Shown: positions 20,801 through 30,500 of the stretch, piece by piece | Numbering within the stretch: position 1 is the stretch's first letter | How the letters are laid out: every line of letters begins with the position of its first letter | Virus record (IMG/VR): IMGVR_UViG_3300032050_013007 | Span: 1 to 64,000 of that record | Length of the DNA stretch: 64,000 bases | Source: a virus | Direction: 5' to 3' (one strand) | Position numbers and translations under genes: made by a program | The notes under the pieces: generated by a model | Database searches by the model: none | Told to the model about the DNA's origin: nothing | The model's input: the letters and a program-made list of their open reading frames with translations, nothing else

Positions 20801-23034
20801 TTACCACCATTTCCAAGAAATGTTGTACCTGATATTGCTCCGTCAGCTCTTATAAATGAAGTTATAGTTCCTCCTGAACTAATTCCTTGTATTAGTTGAG
20901 CAACAGTATCGGCACTGGTTGTTCCATTTTTAATAGATATTCCATCTAATGTAGAATTAATTGTGATTTCAGGTTCAGATGAATTAAGATACGCTTGTTG
21001 TAGAGTAGTTGTTCCGATACCTCCAGCAGCACCAACCGTTTCACCAAATTTAGAAACTAAAAAGATTTGAGCTCTTGAGGTATCTGATAAATTATCACAG
21101 GTACTTGTAATACTTAAAATACCTATTAATATTGCGTTATTTGTAAAATTTGGAAAAACCGTAAATGTTTCTGTTTGAATTCCTGCAATTGCGGCGGATA
21201 ATTGATTATATTCTTCTTGCCCATATTGAATCCTAAATTGTCCGTTTTGAAGTAAATAAATTCTTTGGTTGGTTGATTTAACTCCTGATACTGGAGTCAC
21301 TACCCCACCATCGTCCCATTTAGTTGGGTCTATTTGAGTTACATTTGTAACACTACCTCCTGTTTGGGTTCTGTATTGAAATGTACATGGGGATTGACCC
21401 GGAATAGTTACCGCATTTGGTTGCAAAGTATTAACTGAGAAATTAATACCTAAACCATATATAAAACCCGCACTTGTATTAAATGTAAGTCCAGTATTTA
21501 CCGATGGATAAACTCCACCATTTATAAGATTTATTGGTGCAAAAACATCACGAAGCTGTGCAAGTGGAGATAATACAAAATCAGGTTGACTAAAAACAAG
21601 ATTGATTGATGTTTTTTCAGGGTGACCGATTTTACCTAAAAATATATTTTGTCTTCTTTGTTGTTCTGTTAGTGGAGTTGCCTGTTGACCGATTGTTGCC
21701 CCACTTGTTAAATAAACGAATGTCTCAAAGGCAGTGTTTACATAAATGTCAGTATGAGTTCCACCACTATAATCAACATAATAAATTTGAGGTGATAATG
21801 GGTTTGATGTGTCATCAACTATCCATCCTTTAACTCTTGCTACTGAGAATTGTGTTGATGAAACTTTTGATAATCCCGAGAATTCAAAAACACCAGTTGA
21901 GTTGTTAACTGTACTTCTGTCCTGTCCCAAAATCACCCATTGAGCCCCATTACTAACAAGTTGAGCAGCGTTGGTTTCACTTAAAATTAATAAATTTTTA
22001 TCATCAATTTTTTCACTTCCAAAAGGTAAGATTGTTACCGCCCCACCACCATTATTTTTAATCGCAAGTAATCTTCCCTGAACTCCTACAGCAGTTGGTA
22101 ATTGGACATTAAATGTTCCACCAGTAACATCAACCATATAATCAAAATCGGTTACAGTGTATGTACTACTAACTGTTTTTTGAGGAAATGTTATTCCTCC
22201 CGTTGATGTAAGTCCGCTAGTCCTTGTTAGACCTGAAACAAATAAAGTATTTGCACTTAATCCACTTGTAAAATATGTGTTACCTGAGACTGTACCTCCA
22301 CTTAATGGAAGATAATCACCTGATAAAGAACTACCGGTGTATGCCGATAAACTAATTGTAAACGCGGAGTATTGGTCAGTTCTATTTTGAGATAATGTGA
22401 TTATATTATTATTTAAACTAAAACCTGTAACATAAGAATCAGGATAATTTAAATAAGTTGTTGCAGATATTGTAGTTGCGTAGATATTTCCCTCCACCGA
22501 TAAATCGGCATAAATTGAAACATCGTCATTAAATATTGAAGTTGAGGTTACTTGTAATGTGGTTAAATCGGTTTGCCCAAGAACCGATATGTTTTGAAAA
22601 TTAGCGGTATAGGCGGTTAGTGAATTGATATCAACACCTGAATTAAATGATGTAAACCCGCTTACTGTACCACCACTTAATGATAGGAAATAATTAGCCA
22701 AATCTGATGTTCCTGTAAAACTAACAACAACATTACCAGTTGTAGGAGATACGGCAATTCCATCAGTACCTGTCACACTTGTAACTCCTGATGATGGTGT
22801 TGCGGCAGTTACAGGAGCCCAAATGGCATTACCAAACGAATCACAAGTTAAAACATAACCAAGTTGTTCCGTACCGTTTGAATATGTAAAACTATCATTA
22901 ACCGTTAACCCTGATTGAAAAACGGGATTAACAGGGACCGCACCACCAATTCTATAAACTATACCATCACCAAAATTACATTGTAGGACATAATTATATG
23001 AATCTTTAATTAATTGGTCTTTAATATCTGCCAT
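17899..23034 (-). CDS. Long tail-fibre-like protein (1711 aa) with internal repeats
   Basis: G/S/T-rich; recurring YLPLSGGTVSG, TISATTYQNLP and GITGIT motifs; HNDLTGIQGG...YYHLT. Confidence 0.65.
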   Translation of the reverse strand: MADIKDQLIKDSYNYVLQCNFGDGIVYRIGGAVPVNPVFQSGLTVNDSFTYSNGTEQLGYVLTCDSFGNAIWAPVTAATPSSGVTSVTGTDGIAVSPTTGNVVVSFTGTSDLANYFLSLSGGTVSGFTSFNSGVDINSLTAYTANFQNISVLGQTDLTTLQVTSTSIFNDDVSIYADLSVEGNIYATTISATTYLNYPDSYVTGFSLNNNIITLSQNRTDQYSAFTISLSAYTGSSLSGDYLPLSGGTVSGNTYFTSGLSANTLFVSGLTRTSGLTSTGGITFPQKTVSSTYTVTDFDYMVDVTGGTFNVQLPTAVGVQGRLLAIKNNGGGAVTILPFGSEKIDDKNLLILSETNAAQLVSNGAQWVILGQDRSTVNNSTGVFEFSGLSKVSSTQFSVARVKGWIVDDTSNPLSPQIYYVDYSGGTHTDIYVNTAFETFVYLTSGATIGQQATPLTEQQRRQNIFLGKIGHPEKTSINLVFSQPDFVLSPLAQLRDVFAPINLINGGVYPSVNTGLTFNTSAGFIYGLGINFSVNTLQPNAVTIPGQSPCTFQYRTQTGGSVTNVTQIDPTKWDDGGVVTPVSGVKSTNQRIYLLQNGQFRIQYGQEEYNQLSAAIAGIQTETFTVFPNFTNNAILIGILSITSTCDNLSDTSRAQIFLVSKFGETVGAAGGIGTTTLQQAYLNSSEPEITINSTLDGISIKNGTTSADTVAQLIQGISSGGTITSFIRADGAISGTTFLGNGGNLSHVFHSVNINGTPQFSANTNTFINFSGINLNIISGANNTLIFSAGTGGSSGSSGFDVYVTGGTYNGSEILFTNNSGGTFTVTGLTATGFSANYYGSFSDSTNQPVSGANIATVWKYNTTEISNGISVVDNTKITVQNTGVYEIGYSAQIEKTQGTEADVTIWAKINGQDVERSSSTLGLVANSVYQLPFVSYILELNAGDYVEFYFSSDSQYVQLTALSGLTTPTRPDSPSVIIVAKQVGLSTSIGGSGDTFVTGFSLNNDVITLSQNRKDQYSAFTISLSAYTGSSLSGDYLPLSGGTVTGGTQFTGGLTANTISATTYQNLPVSGLTEGNNISITGANGNFTISFTGTTGSNFTGGTVSGATIFTGGLSANTISATTYYNVPNYNAGVIVNSDLWINNNDGTMTFPTTQVALYNNAVFTGSVEVYVVTSATTGSGGLPALSNNDTNYIVINYNGGSPVYDVLTDNSTINDSNIVLYLIVYRANNFVHVLDFGNEGAGLPNKLNDRIIATDRFARESGFSLALSGSTGVVTLSGGIAWNATNRQSLVAVNSQDDVFFQSYHSGSTWVYTTTSNTLNNLYYDTSTDKVLATAGKYLVNWYFRGQEVNDHLYEVWSTDEYDTVSEAQLSTEPNLPELITSHAFLTGRIIVQVSATTGIVESAFVQVFQPTTVQSHNDLTGIQGGSAGQYYHLTSSEYANVAYKNVNNIFSVGQLFNDGITATTISATTYQNLPVSGLTGGDNISVTGSNGNFTISFTGTTGSNFTGGTVSGATIFTDGLTANTISATTYQNLPVSAITNGNGISVSSNNNGLITITNTQQQGITGITATDGLSGDTTSFLTTIINIDKGSSQNIFKNIQIGGITQFGANSNNSDLNFSGIGITITSAATNTLVFTNQITQGITGITSGDGITATTSDNNVTITNLGVTGITAGYGISASTSTGNVVIIQQFDYGKAYTTGNNLNYI
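18410..22435 (-). repeat. Dispersed internal duplications in the tail-fibre gene
   Basis: ~22290-22435 vs ~19900-20045 (VTGFSLNN..TLSQNR.DQYSAFTISLSAYTGSSLSGDYLPLSGGTV); ~19660-19865 vs ~18410-18640. Confidence 0.85.
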
Positions 23035-23078
23035 TATTTAATTTTACAAATTTTGTAGTACTAATAAATAGTGATAAA

Positions 23079-23576
23079 TTAGATTCCAGGAGGACAAACT
23101 CCATTAACACAATTACCCAAAATTGTAATAGTCAAAATTGGGTCATCTGTGGTCGGGGTATTACCACATCTTTCTAATATATTACCAGCAGTAACTGAAC
23201 GAGCAATTAGTATACCGTCACATCTAATATAAGTAATATCTATATCACTACCTGACGCAGTATTATCAAACTGAATACAGAAACAATTTTGGTTTGCTTC
23301 AGGTGTTGGGGTTGGGGTTGGTGTATACGAAGGTGTTATAGTCACACTTGGTGTTGGTAACAAACATCCAATATTATAAAATAATTCACACCCGTTTGCA
23401 TCTATTAGTTTAACTATAACTGACGGAGCTCCGGTTAAACCAATCGGTAAATCAATATATAATGGAAAAACTGAAACTCCAGTTGCCGCCGAATAACAAT
23501 AAGTTATTGTCGTATCACAAACATAAACATCATAAGGCGCGACTCCTGTTACATTATTTATTTCTATAACTTGCAT
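23079..23576 (-). CDS. Cys-rich putative virion protein with Thr-Pro linker
   Basis: PTPSVTITPSYTPTPTPTP followed by a Cys module; TATTTATA upstream. Confidence 0.5.
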   Translation of the reverse strand: MQVIEINNVTGVAPYDVYVCDTTITYCYSAATGVSVFPLYIDLPIGLTGAPSVIVKLIDANGCELFYNIGCLLPTPSVTITPSYTPTPTPTPEANQNCFCIQFDNTASGSDIDITYIRCDGILIARSVTAGNILERCGNTPTTDDPILTITILGNCVNGVCPPGI

Positions 23577-23653
23577 TACTATAAAATAATTCTTTTGTTT
23601 TCAGTATAAATAGAAAAACTTTAACTTTATTCTTTTTGGCTTATTTATATTAA

Positions 23654-24001
23654 ATGGCAACAATATGTTACTCGTGGGACGACGCTCCTTTTAAATGGTT
23701 AGAAACTCCTTTCACTTGGGCTGAAGGTTGTGTAATTGAAAAACTTATTGTTGGAGGTGCTGGTGGTATGCAATCCATCAGACGATTTAGAGAAAGAGTA
23801 AAACAACTATCGGACGAGGATAAAAAAGTTCTTATAAATCTTTTTATAAGATTAGAGGTTGACGAAATTGTTTTTGAAAGAAGAGTTAATAAAAATAAAA
23901 ACACTAAAGTTAAATTAAGATTAAAAGATATTGAAGTAACCAAAGGGATTCAAAAAAATATCAAAGTCAATGTAAATTTAAAAGATAAAGATATTTATTA
24001 A
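23654..24001 (+). CDS. Hypothetical protein
   Basis: 115-aa ORF with TATTTATA just upstream. Confidence 0.6.
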   Translation: MATICYSWDDAPFKWLETPFTWAEGCVIEKLIVGGAGGMQSIRRFRERVKQLSDEDKKVLINLFIRLEVDEIVFERRVNKNKNTKVKLRLKDIEVTKGIQKNIKVNVNLKDKDIY

Positions 24002-24002
24002 T

Positions 24003-24467
24003 ATGATTTACAATTTATACACAGATAAACCTAATAAGTTCAATTGTAATATTGAAATTGAAGGAACTTCTTTATCTAAATCTAGAGTTAGATTAGTTGT
24101 TGAAACTGAAGATATGTCGTATATGTTTAACGGCAGAATAGAAAATAATGGTCTTTGTGAGGTTAATATTCCAAAAACCAAACATTTTTTACCTGAGGGT
24201 TCTCAAGGTCTAATGAGGCTTGAGGTTATTGCCGACGATGTATATTTTGAACCTTGGTCATCACAATTCAACGTTAAAACAAATAAAAAAGTAAATGTGG
24301 TAGTTTCTGAACAAGTGGAAGAAAAACCAAAGTTAAGAGTTCAAGTAATGGAACAACCACAAGAAGAACCAAAACCAAGAATTGTAGAGACCAAAAAATC
24401 TCAACCAAATCCCCCAAAAAAGGTTGAGATTACAAAAGAACAATTACTCAGAAGATTGAGTCGATAA
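24003..24467 (+). CDS. Hypothetical protein
   Basis: 154-aa ORF coupled to the previous gene, followed by a terminator. Confidence 0.65.
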   Translation: MIYNLYTDKPNKFNCNIEIEGTSLSKSRVRLVVETEDMSYMFNGRIENNGLCEVNIPKTKHFLPEGSQGLMRLEVIADDVYFEPWSSQFNVKTNKKVNVVVSEQVEEKPKLRVQVMEQPQEEPKPRIVETKKSQPNPPKKVEITKEQLLRRLSR

Positions 24468-24469
24468 AT

Positions 24470-24499
24470 AAAAAACCCTCAAATGTGAGGGTTTTTTTT
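24470..24499. terminator. Bidirectional intrinsic terminator
   Basis: AAAAAACCCTCA-AATG-TGAGGGTTTTTTTT between convergent genes. Confidence 0.85.
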
Positions 24500-24514
24500 A
24501 TGCTAATATTTTTA

Positions 24515-27500
24515 TTAGATACCTGGACCGGTGGAACAATCTGATGGGAATAACGGACCAAAAGAATTACTCGGCTTTAACTCACATGTTGTCGTACATG
24601 AGAAATATATTCCAGTACCAGCTAATAAATCGTAATCTGTCACAAACAGTAACTGCGGATTATTGAATGGATACGCGCAAACACAGTTTGGTTGAGCGTA
24701 AACTCTAGTTGATGGGGTTTGATATAAATCAATTATACCCGTAGGATATCCTGTGGCATACTGTACTTGAGCTTGGTTAGCACCAGCACACCACCAAGCC
24801 TCCCAACATGGAAGTAATAATGCTGCCCCTGGGAATGATTTACAGGCGAATGTGGTACCATTAATTGGATTTATAATACTAATACCTGTAAATCCACTAA
24901 TATATTGAGCGGGAGATAAATTACATTCAGGGGTTTTTGTTGGGGTATTTGTTGGAGTCTTAGTAATAGTTTTAGTCGGTGTTTGAGTTCTTGTTACGGT
25001 TGGTGTTTTAGTATTTGTTGGTGTTACGGTTGGTGTTTTAGTATTTGTTAATGTTACGGTTGGTGTTTTAGTATTTGTAGGTGTAATTGTTTTAGTAGGT
25101 GTTATTGTTTTAGTTACTGTGTTGGTTGGGGTGTTAGTTTGTGTTGGTGTTTGTGTTGGGGTAGAGCTTGAACATATACAACCCGGGTTACTTGTTATAG
25201 TACCCGAAACACCAGTTGTTCTAACCACACTACTTGCACAACTAACAGTGTATGATTCAGTTCCTGTTAAAGACACAGAACCAGTACTACTATCACAATA
25301 TACAATTTCAAAAGTTTGTGGTTGAGATGAGCCTCCAGCGTATAGATACCAAGTTGTACAACAAACGCTTGTCTTAGTAGGTGTTGGGGTTTTAGTCTTA
25401 GTAGGCGTGATAGTAGGTGTTTTAGTTATTGTGTTTGAAGGTGTAATACTTACACTTATTGATGGTGTTTGTGTTTTAGTTGGAGTTTGTGTTTTAGTAA
25501 TAGTAACACTTGGTGTTATTGAGTTTGTAGGGGTATATGTTGGTGTTGGGGTTTTGGTCGCCGCTATAGATTTTGTTAAAGTCTGAGTGATTGTATTAGT
25601 TGGAGTTAAAGTTTTTGTAGGCTCAATAGTCTTAGTTGGAGTTTTTGTCACCATTGGAGTTGAGGTCGTTGTTTTTGTTGGTGTTATAGTATTTGTTGGA
25701 GTTTTTGTCACCTCAACACTATTTGTTGGAGTTTTAGTCACAGTTGGGGTTGATGCCATTGATTTTGTAGGGGTTATGGTGTTTGTTGGAGTGTTTGTTG
25801 GTTCAATAGTCTTAGTTGGAGTTTTTGTTGGCGTTGGGGTTTTAGTACCTGTATTGGTTGGTGTTGGACTTTCCGGTGCTCTTTCTGGAATATTTGTTTT
25901 AGTTACAGTTGGGGTTATGGTATTTGTTGGGGTTAAAGTTGGGGTTTTGGTTGGAGTTTTAGTTTGAGTTTTTGTTGGTTCAGGAGTATTTGTTTGTGTT
26001 TTAGTTTGAGTTAATGTTACAGTATTTGTTGGGGTTTTAGTAATTGTTGGCGTTGGTGTGTTAGTTAATCCAATTGTTAATGTTGGTGTGTGACTAGATG
26101 TATTTGTAACTGTAGTTGTGGGAGAAGGTAATGGTGTTTTGTCCGGCGTTTTTGTGGGGTCCAGTGTTCTTGTTACTGTTTTAGTTATCGTTACTGTTTG
26201 AGTTAAAGTTGGTGTTGAAGCCGGTGTTTTAGCAGGTGTCTTGGTTGGTGCAGGTGAGATTGCAATTGGTTCATAAGGAATGTAAGTAGGTGTTGGTGTG
26301 TTTGTTTGTGTTGGTGTTTTTGTTTGTGTTTTAGTTGGCTCAACTGTAGTTGTTTGAGTTGTCGTAGCCGTTGGTGTCTTGGTATTTGTTGGAGTAACTG
26401 TCGGTGTTTTTGTTTGAGTATTTGTAGGTTCCGCGGTACTTGTTTGAGTTTTAGTAACTGTTGGTGTTTTAGTAACTGTTGGTGTGACTGTTGGTGTTAT
26501 ATCATTTGTTCTTGTTATAGTGTTAGTAATAGTTTGAGTTGGGGTTTGATTTGGGGTTTTAGTGTTAGTAGGAGTTTGAGTATTAGTCTGAGTATTAGTT
26601 TGAGTTACGGTAGATGTTATTGTCATTGTTGGGGTAGGGGTTGGAGTCGTAGGTATTACTACAAATTCAAAGTCGCTTGGTGTACAAGCAGATACCTTAC
26701 AATCAGGACAATCAGGATTAAACATCCTAAACTGAGTTGACCTTAACTGAAAATTGTGTTTTACTTCCGGTGCTGATAGTGGCTCAACGTAAAATCTAAA
26801 CTGTGATATACCACCCTCAAAGGTACCTGCAAAATTTTGTTCAAGTAATATATTTGTCGTTAACCCACTTAAAGTTGTACCTGTTAAATCTACAGTAGGT
26901 AAACATTCGGGGTCTTGTTGGTAGGGGCCTGTTTTTCCACTACAACTAATAAATGTTAGGTTTTCTCTCAGACCTTGTGTACCTCCACCCCACGACATGT
27001 TAAAAGGAACGCCAATTTGTTTTTCTTTATCGGTATTTAAGGCTCTTGGAATTATCTCTTCAAAATCCTCAATCGTGTAGAATATTCTACCGTTTATATA
27101 AATTTTTAATCTACCTTTTCTATAATGTTCATCAATTAACCACTTTTCATTAAGTTGTACAATTTCAACTTCTAAATCTTCAGTTCCTCTTGTATATGGT
27201 GGGGAAATTAACGCCACTGAATTATTTGCAAGTGACTGTAAAAGTTGTTTTTCAGTAATATCACCTAAACCGCCTCTATAATATAAATCACACACATCTA
27301 ACCAAGTGTATCTTTCCCAAACAAAGTCAACTTGGAACCAATGTTCTTCATCAAGATACGCCGGATTAATCGATTCACAATATGGATAAATTGGTGGTGA
27401 ACAGTAATCGATAACCGTGTATCCTGTTGTGTATGAAACACCAGAATTAGAACAAGTTCCAGTTGTTTCACAACCACCGGTAAATCTTAAAACACGAACC

Positions 27501-30500
27501 CCGATTTGAGGATTATTAGGTTCACCACATAATCTAAATGCTATATTATTTGATAACGCATCCCATTTTGGGTCGGACTCACATGTATTTTCAATAGAAT
27601 ACTCAACCTCAACGGTTTTTTCAAATTCAAACTCAGTAGATATTGAATACGAAAATACTTCCTCAGAATAAATAACAATATTAGTAAATTCACTAACCCC
27701 GACATAATCTGAATATTCATCGTCAATAACAACTTTAGTTGACCCTGATATAGTACCCGCAGATATCGTTATACTCGAATTTATTGTGGTTATTTCACCA
27801 TTAAGTTTTGGTAAAAGATTTGTAAAAGTTATTATAGTGTTTGTTTGTTGGATAGAATCTGAGACTATTTTGAATTCGGCAATAAATGAACCTGAAGAAT
27901 AATCGGCTAATAGATTAAAAGAAGAAGAATTTAATAATCCTAAATTTATACAACTTTGTATTTGTGAAAACCCTTCAGATACTATTGGTCCATTTGAATA
28001 TACTTGGGTTATGGTATTAGGGAAAGTTATTCTAAATGTACTTGGTGGAGTACTTTTTCTTTGTAGATATAATTCGTTATTATATACAAATAAATTACCT
28101 GAATTAATTGTTGAATTTATTGAGGTTATATCTATTTCAGCTTCGGAACCTCCTGAAAAATTGTATTGAGTTAAATAAGTTTTTGACAAAACATTATTTC
28201 TACTCAAAATTAAATATTTACCTCCCGTGGTGTATAACAAACTTCCGTTAGGTATTCTACCAGTTGGTAAACTAAATAAAATAGTTGTGGATGTTATTGT
28301 GGATGAAGTTAAAGTAACTCTGATTAATTGATTAGAGTTATTAAAGGTTACAATTGTTTCATCGTCAATAGCAAAAATTGGACTAGTTGCCGCATTACTA
28401 ATACCCGAACTATAGGTGTAATTTGCAACATTAGTACCACTAAAAGTTGGAGAGTTTGAATAAGAGAATTTCCTTATAACACCTGAACCTCTTACAAATA
28501 TAAAGTTATTAGTTATTGCAATTGATTGTGATGAAGACAGTCTTGTTCCAATATTTAAATAAGTTATAGTATTACTTGAATAGTTGTACGTATATATAAG
28601 CCCTGTTTGAGTATCTACCGCAACAATTGCACAAGAATCTATAGTGGTGTTAGGACATCCATTTACATCACAAGAACCTACAGAAACCGCAAACGATGTT
28701 GATGCGGTATATAGATTACTAGAGACACAAGCCTGTAAAACACCACCAGCAACAATTGATTGTTGTATTGGTGGACTTATTAATTGACATGGCTGGTAGG
28801 TAACTGTAACTGAATTTGTACTTCCAGTATTAAAAAATCTAACACAATTACAATCTAAAAGTGACGGTATACTTGGTGTATTAGTTGGAGTTAAAGTTGT
28901 GGTTGGTGTTATAGTTTTGGTTATAGTAGTAGTCGGAGTTAAAGTCGTGGTTGGAGTATTAGTTAAGGTTATATTTGTTGTTGGTGTTTGAGATGGGGTA
29001 GTTATAGGTGTTGATGTCTTTGTGTTAGTTATTGTTGGGGTTATTGTTGTTGTAGGAGTTTGAGATAAACTTAAATTAGTTGTATTGGTTATTGTTGTTG
29101 TAGGAGTTGGCGTAACTTTTGTTAATGTTGGAGTTTTTGTTAATGTTCTAGTAGGAGTTGGGGTTTGTGTTGATGTTCTAGTAGGAGTTGGCGTAACTTT
29201 TGTTAATGTTGGAGTTTTTGTTTGTGTTCTAGTAGGAGTTGGGGTAACTTTTGTTAATGTTGGAGTTTTTGTTAATGTTGGAGTTTTTGTTTGTGTTCTA
29301 GTAGGAGTTGGGGTAACTTTTGTTAATGTTGGAGTTTTTGTTAATGTTGGAGTTTTTGTTTGTGTTCTAGTAGGAGTTGGTGTAGGTGTTGGTGTTGTTA
29401 GAGTGCTAGTCGGTGTTGGAGTTACTGAAGTTTGTGTTTGTGTTATAGTTTGAGTTGGTGTAATTGATATTGACGGGATAGAAAAATTATTTATTCTGAA
29501 TACCTTAACCCATCCGTTGTTGCCGGGGGTTTGTATAGACAAATTAATTTGGTCAAACGGTATTGAGGATGTAACTAAGATTCTAACTTGTCCTCCATCT
29601 CCATTTGGAATACTGGCACACTGTAACCCACCTGAAATTTGATTTTGGGAATACTGTAACCCGCAACATCCTCCACACAATGATGCCGTAGTTGTTCCGC
29701 TATTAGCACTAAACGTCAATATGTCAGCGTTTTGTAAATTACTGAATTCGAACGTAATACTTGATAGTTGAGTTGAGGAGCTCATCGTATAATTACCATA
29801 CAACCCACCATTAGGTATTATTGAAGGTTGGGCGGCAACTGTAGTAATTGACGTGCAGTTAAATGAAACAAATGAAAATTGAGCACTTGGTGAATAGGTA
29901 TTAGTTGATGTTCTAACAAAACTAACGTTATTTATAACCGTAGTAGACGTAAACGGAAGGGCAACGTCATAAATTTTAAGACATGGTGAGTTAGATGTTT
30001 GGGTTGGGGTTGGAGTTGGTTTTGTTGGTGTTGGTGTAGTATATGTAGGTGTAATAGTTTTAGTAGGAGTGTTTGTTGGTGTGGGTGTCTGTGTCACTAT
30101 TGAACCTAAACAACTTAGTCCGTTAATATAATCAACCATTCTTCTCTGTGGTTGAGGTCCCAATATAAACTGCATTGTATTCCCATACGACATAATGGTT
30201 GCACCTGATGAAATACATCCTTGTCCGGCGGGGTTCAATATACTAGTGGTACAATCACAGTTACTTCCAGTGCCTCCATCACAACAATCTAAACAACAAT
30301 TACCATAAGTTGTAGTACTGGCACTTGTAAATGAACAATTCCAATTCGAAGCAAAAGTATGGTACGATGTAAAATTATGTCCTATCTCATGAACCGCAGC
30401 TGCGACATTCCAACAATTATTGGAGTTATAATACGGGTTACTACCAAAATTGGTTACATAACCCTCAGGAGGTGGAGTTCCAGGAGTGGTACTTGTTAAA

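Noticed and set aside
18410-22435. Possible diversity-generating retroelement TR/VR pair
   Set aside because: Both copies are coding, differences are mostly synonymous rather than adenine-specific, and there is no reverse transcriptase in the window
25119-29453. Plus-strand Val/Gly-rich ORFs (25119, 25587, 26306, 29085)
   Set aside because: Antisense shadows of the Thr/Pro repeat codons of the giant gene
24930-30100. Possible CRISPR array
   Set aside because: Repeats are in-frame coding units without unique spacers; no cas genes
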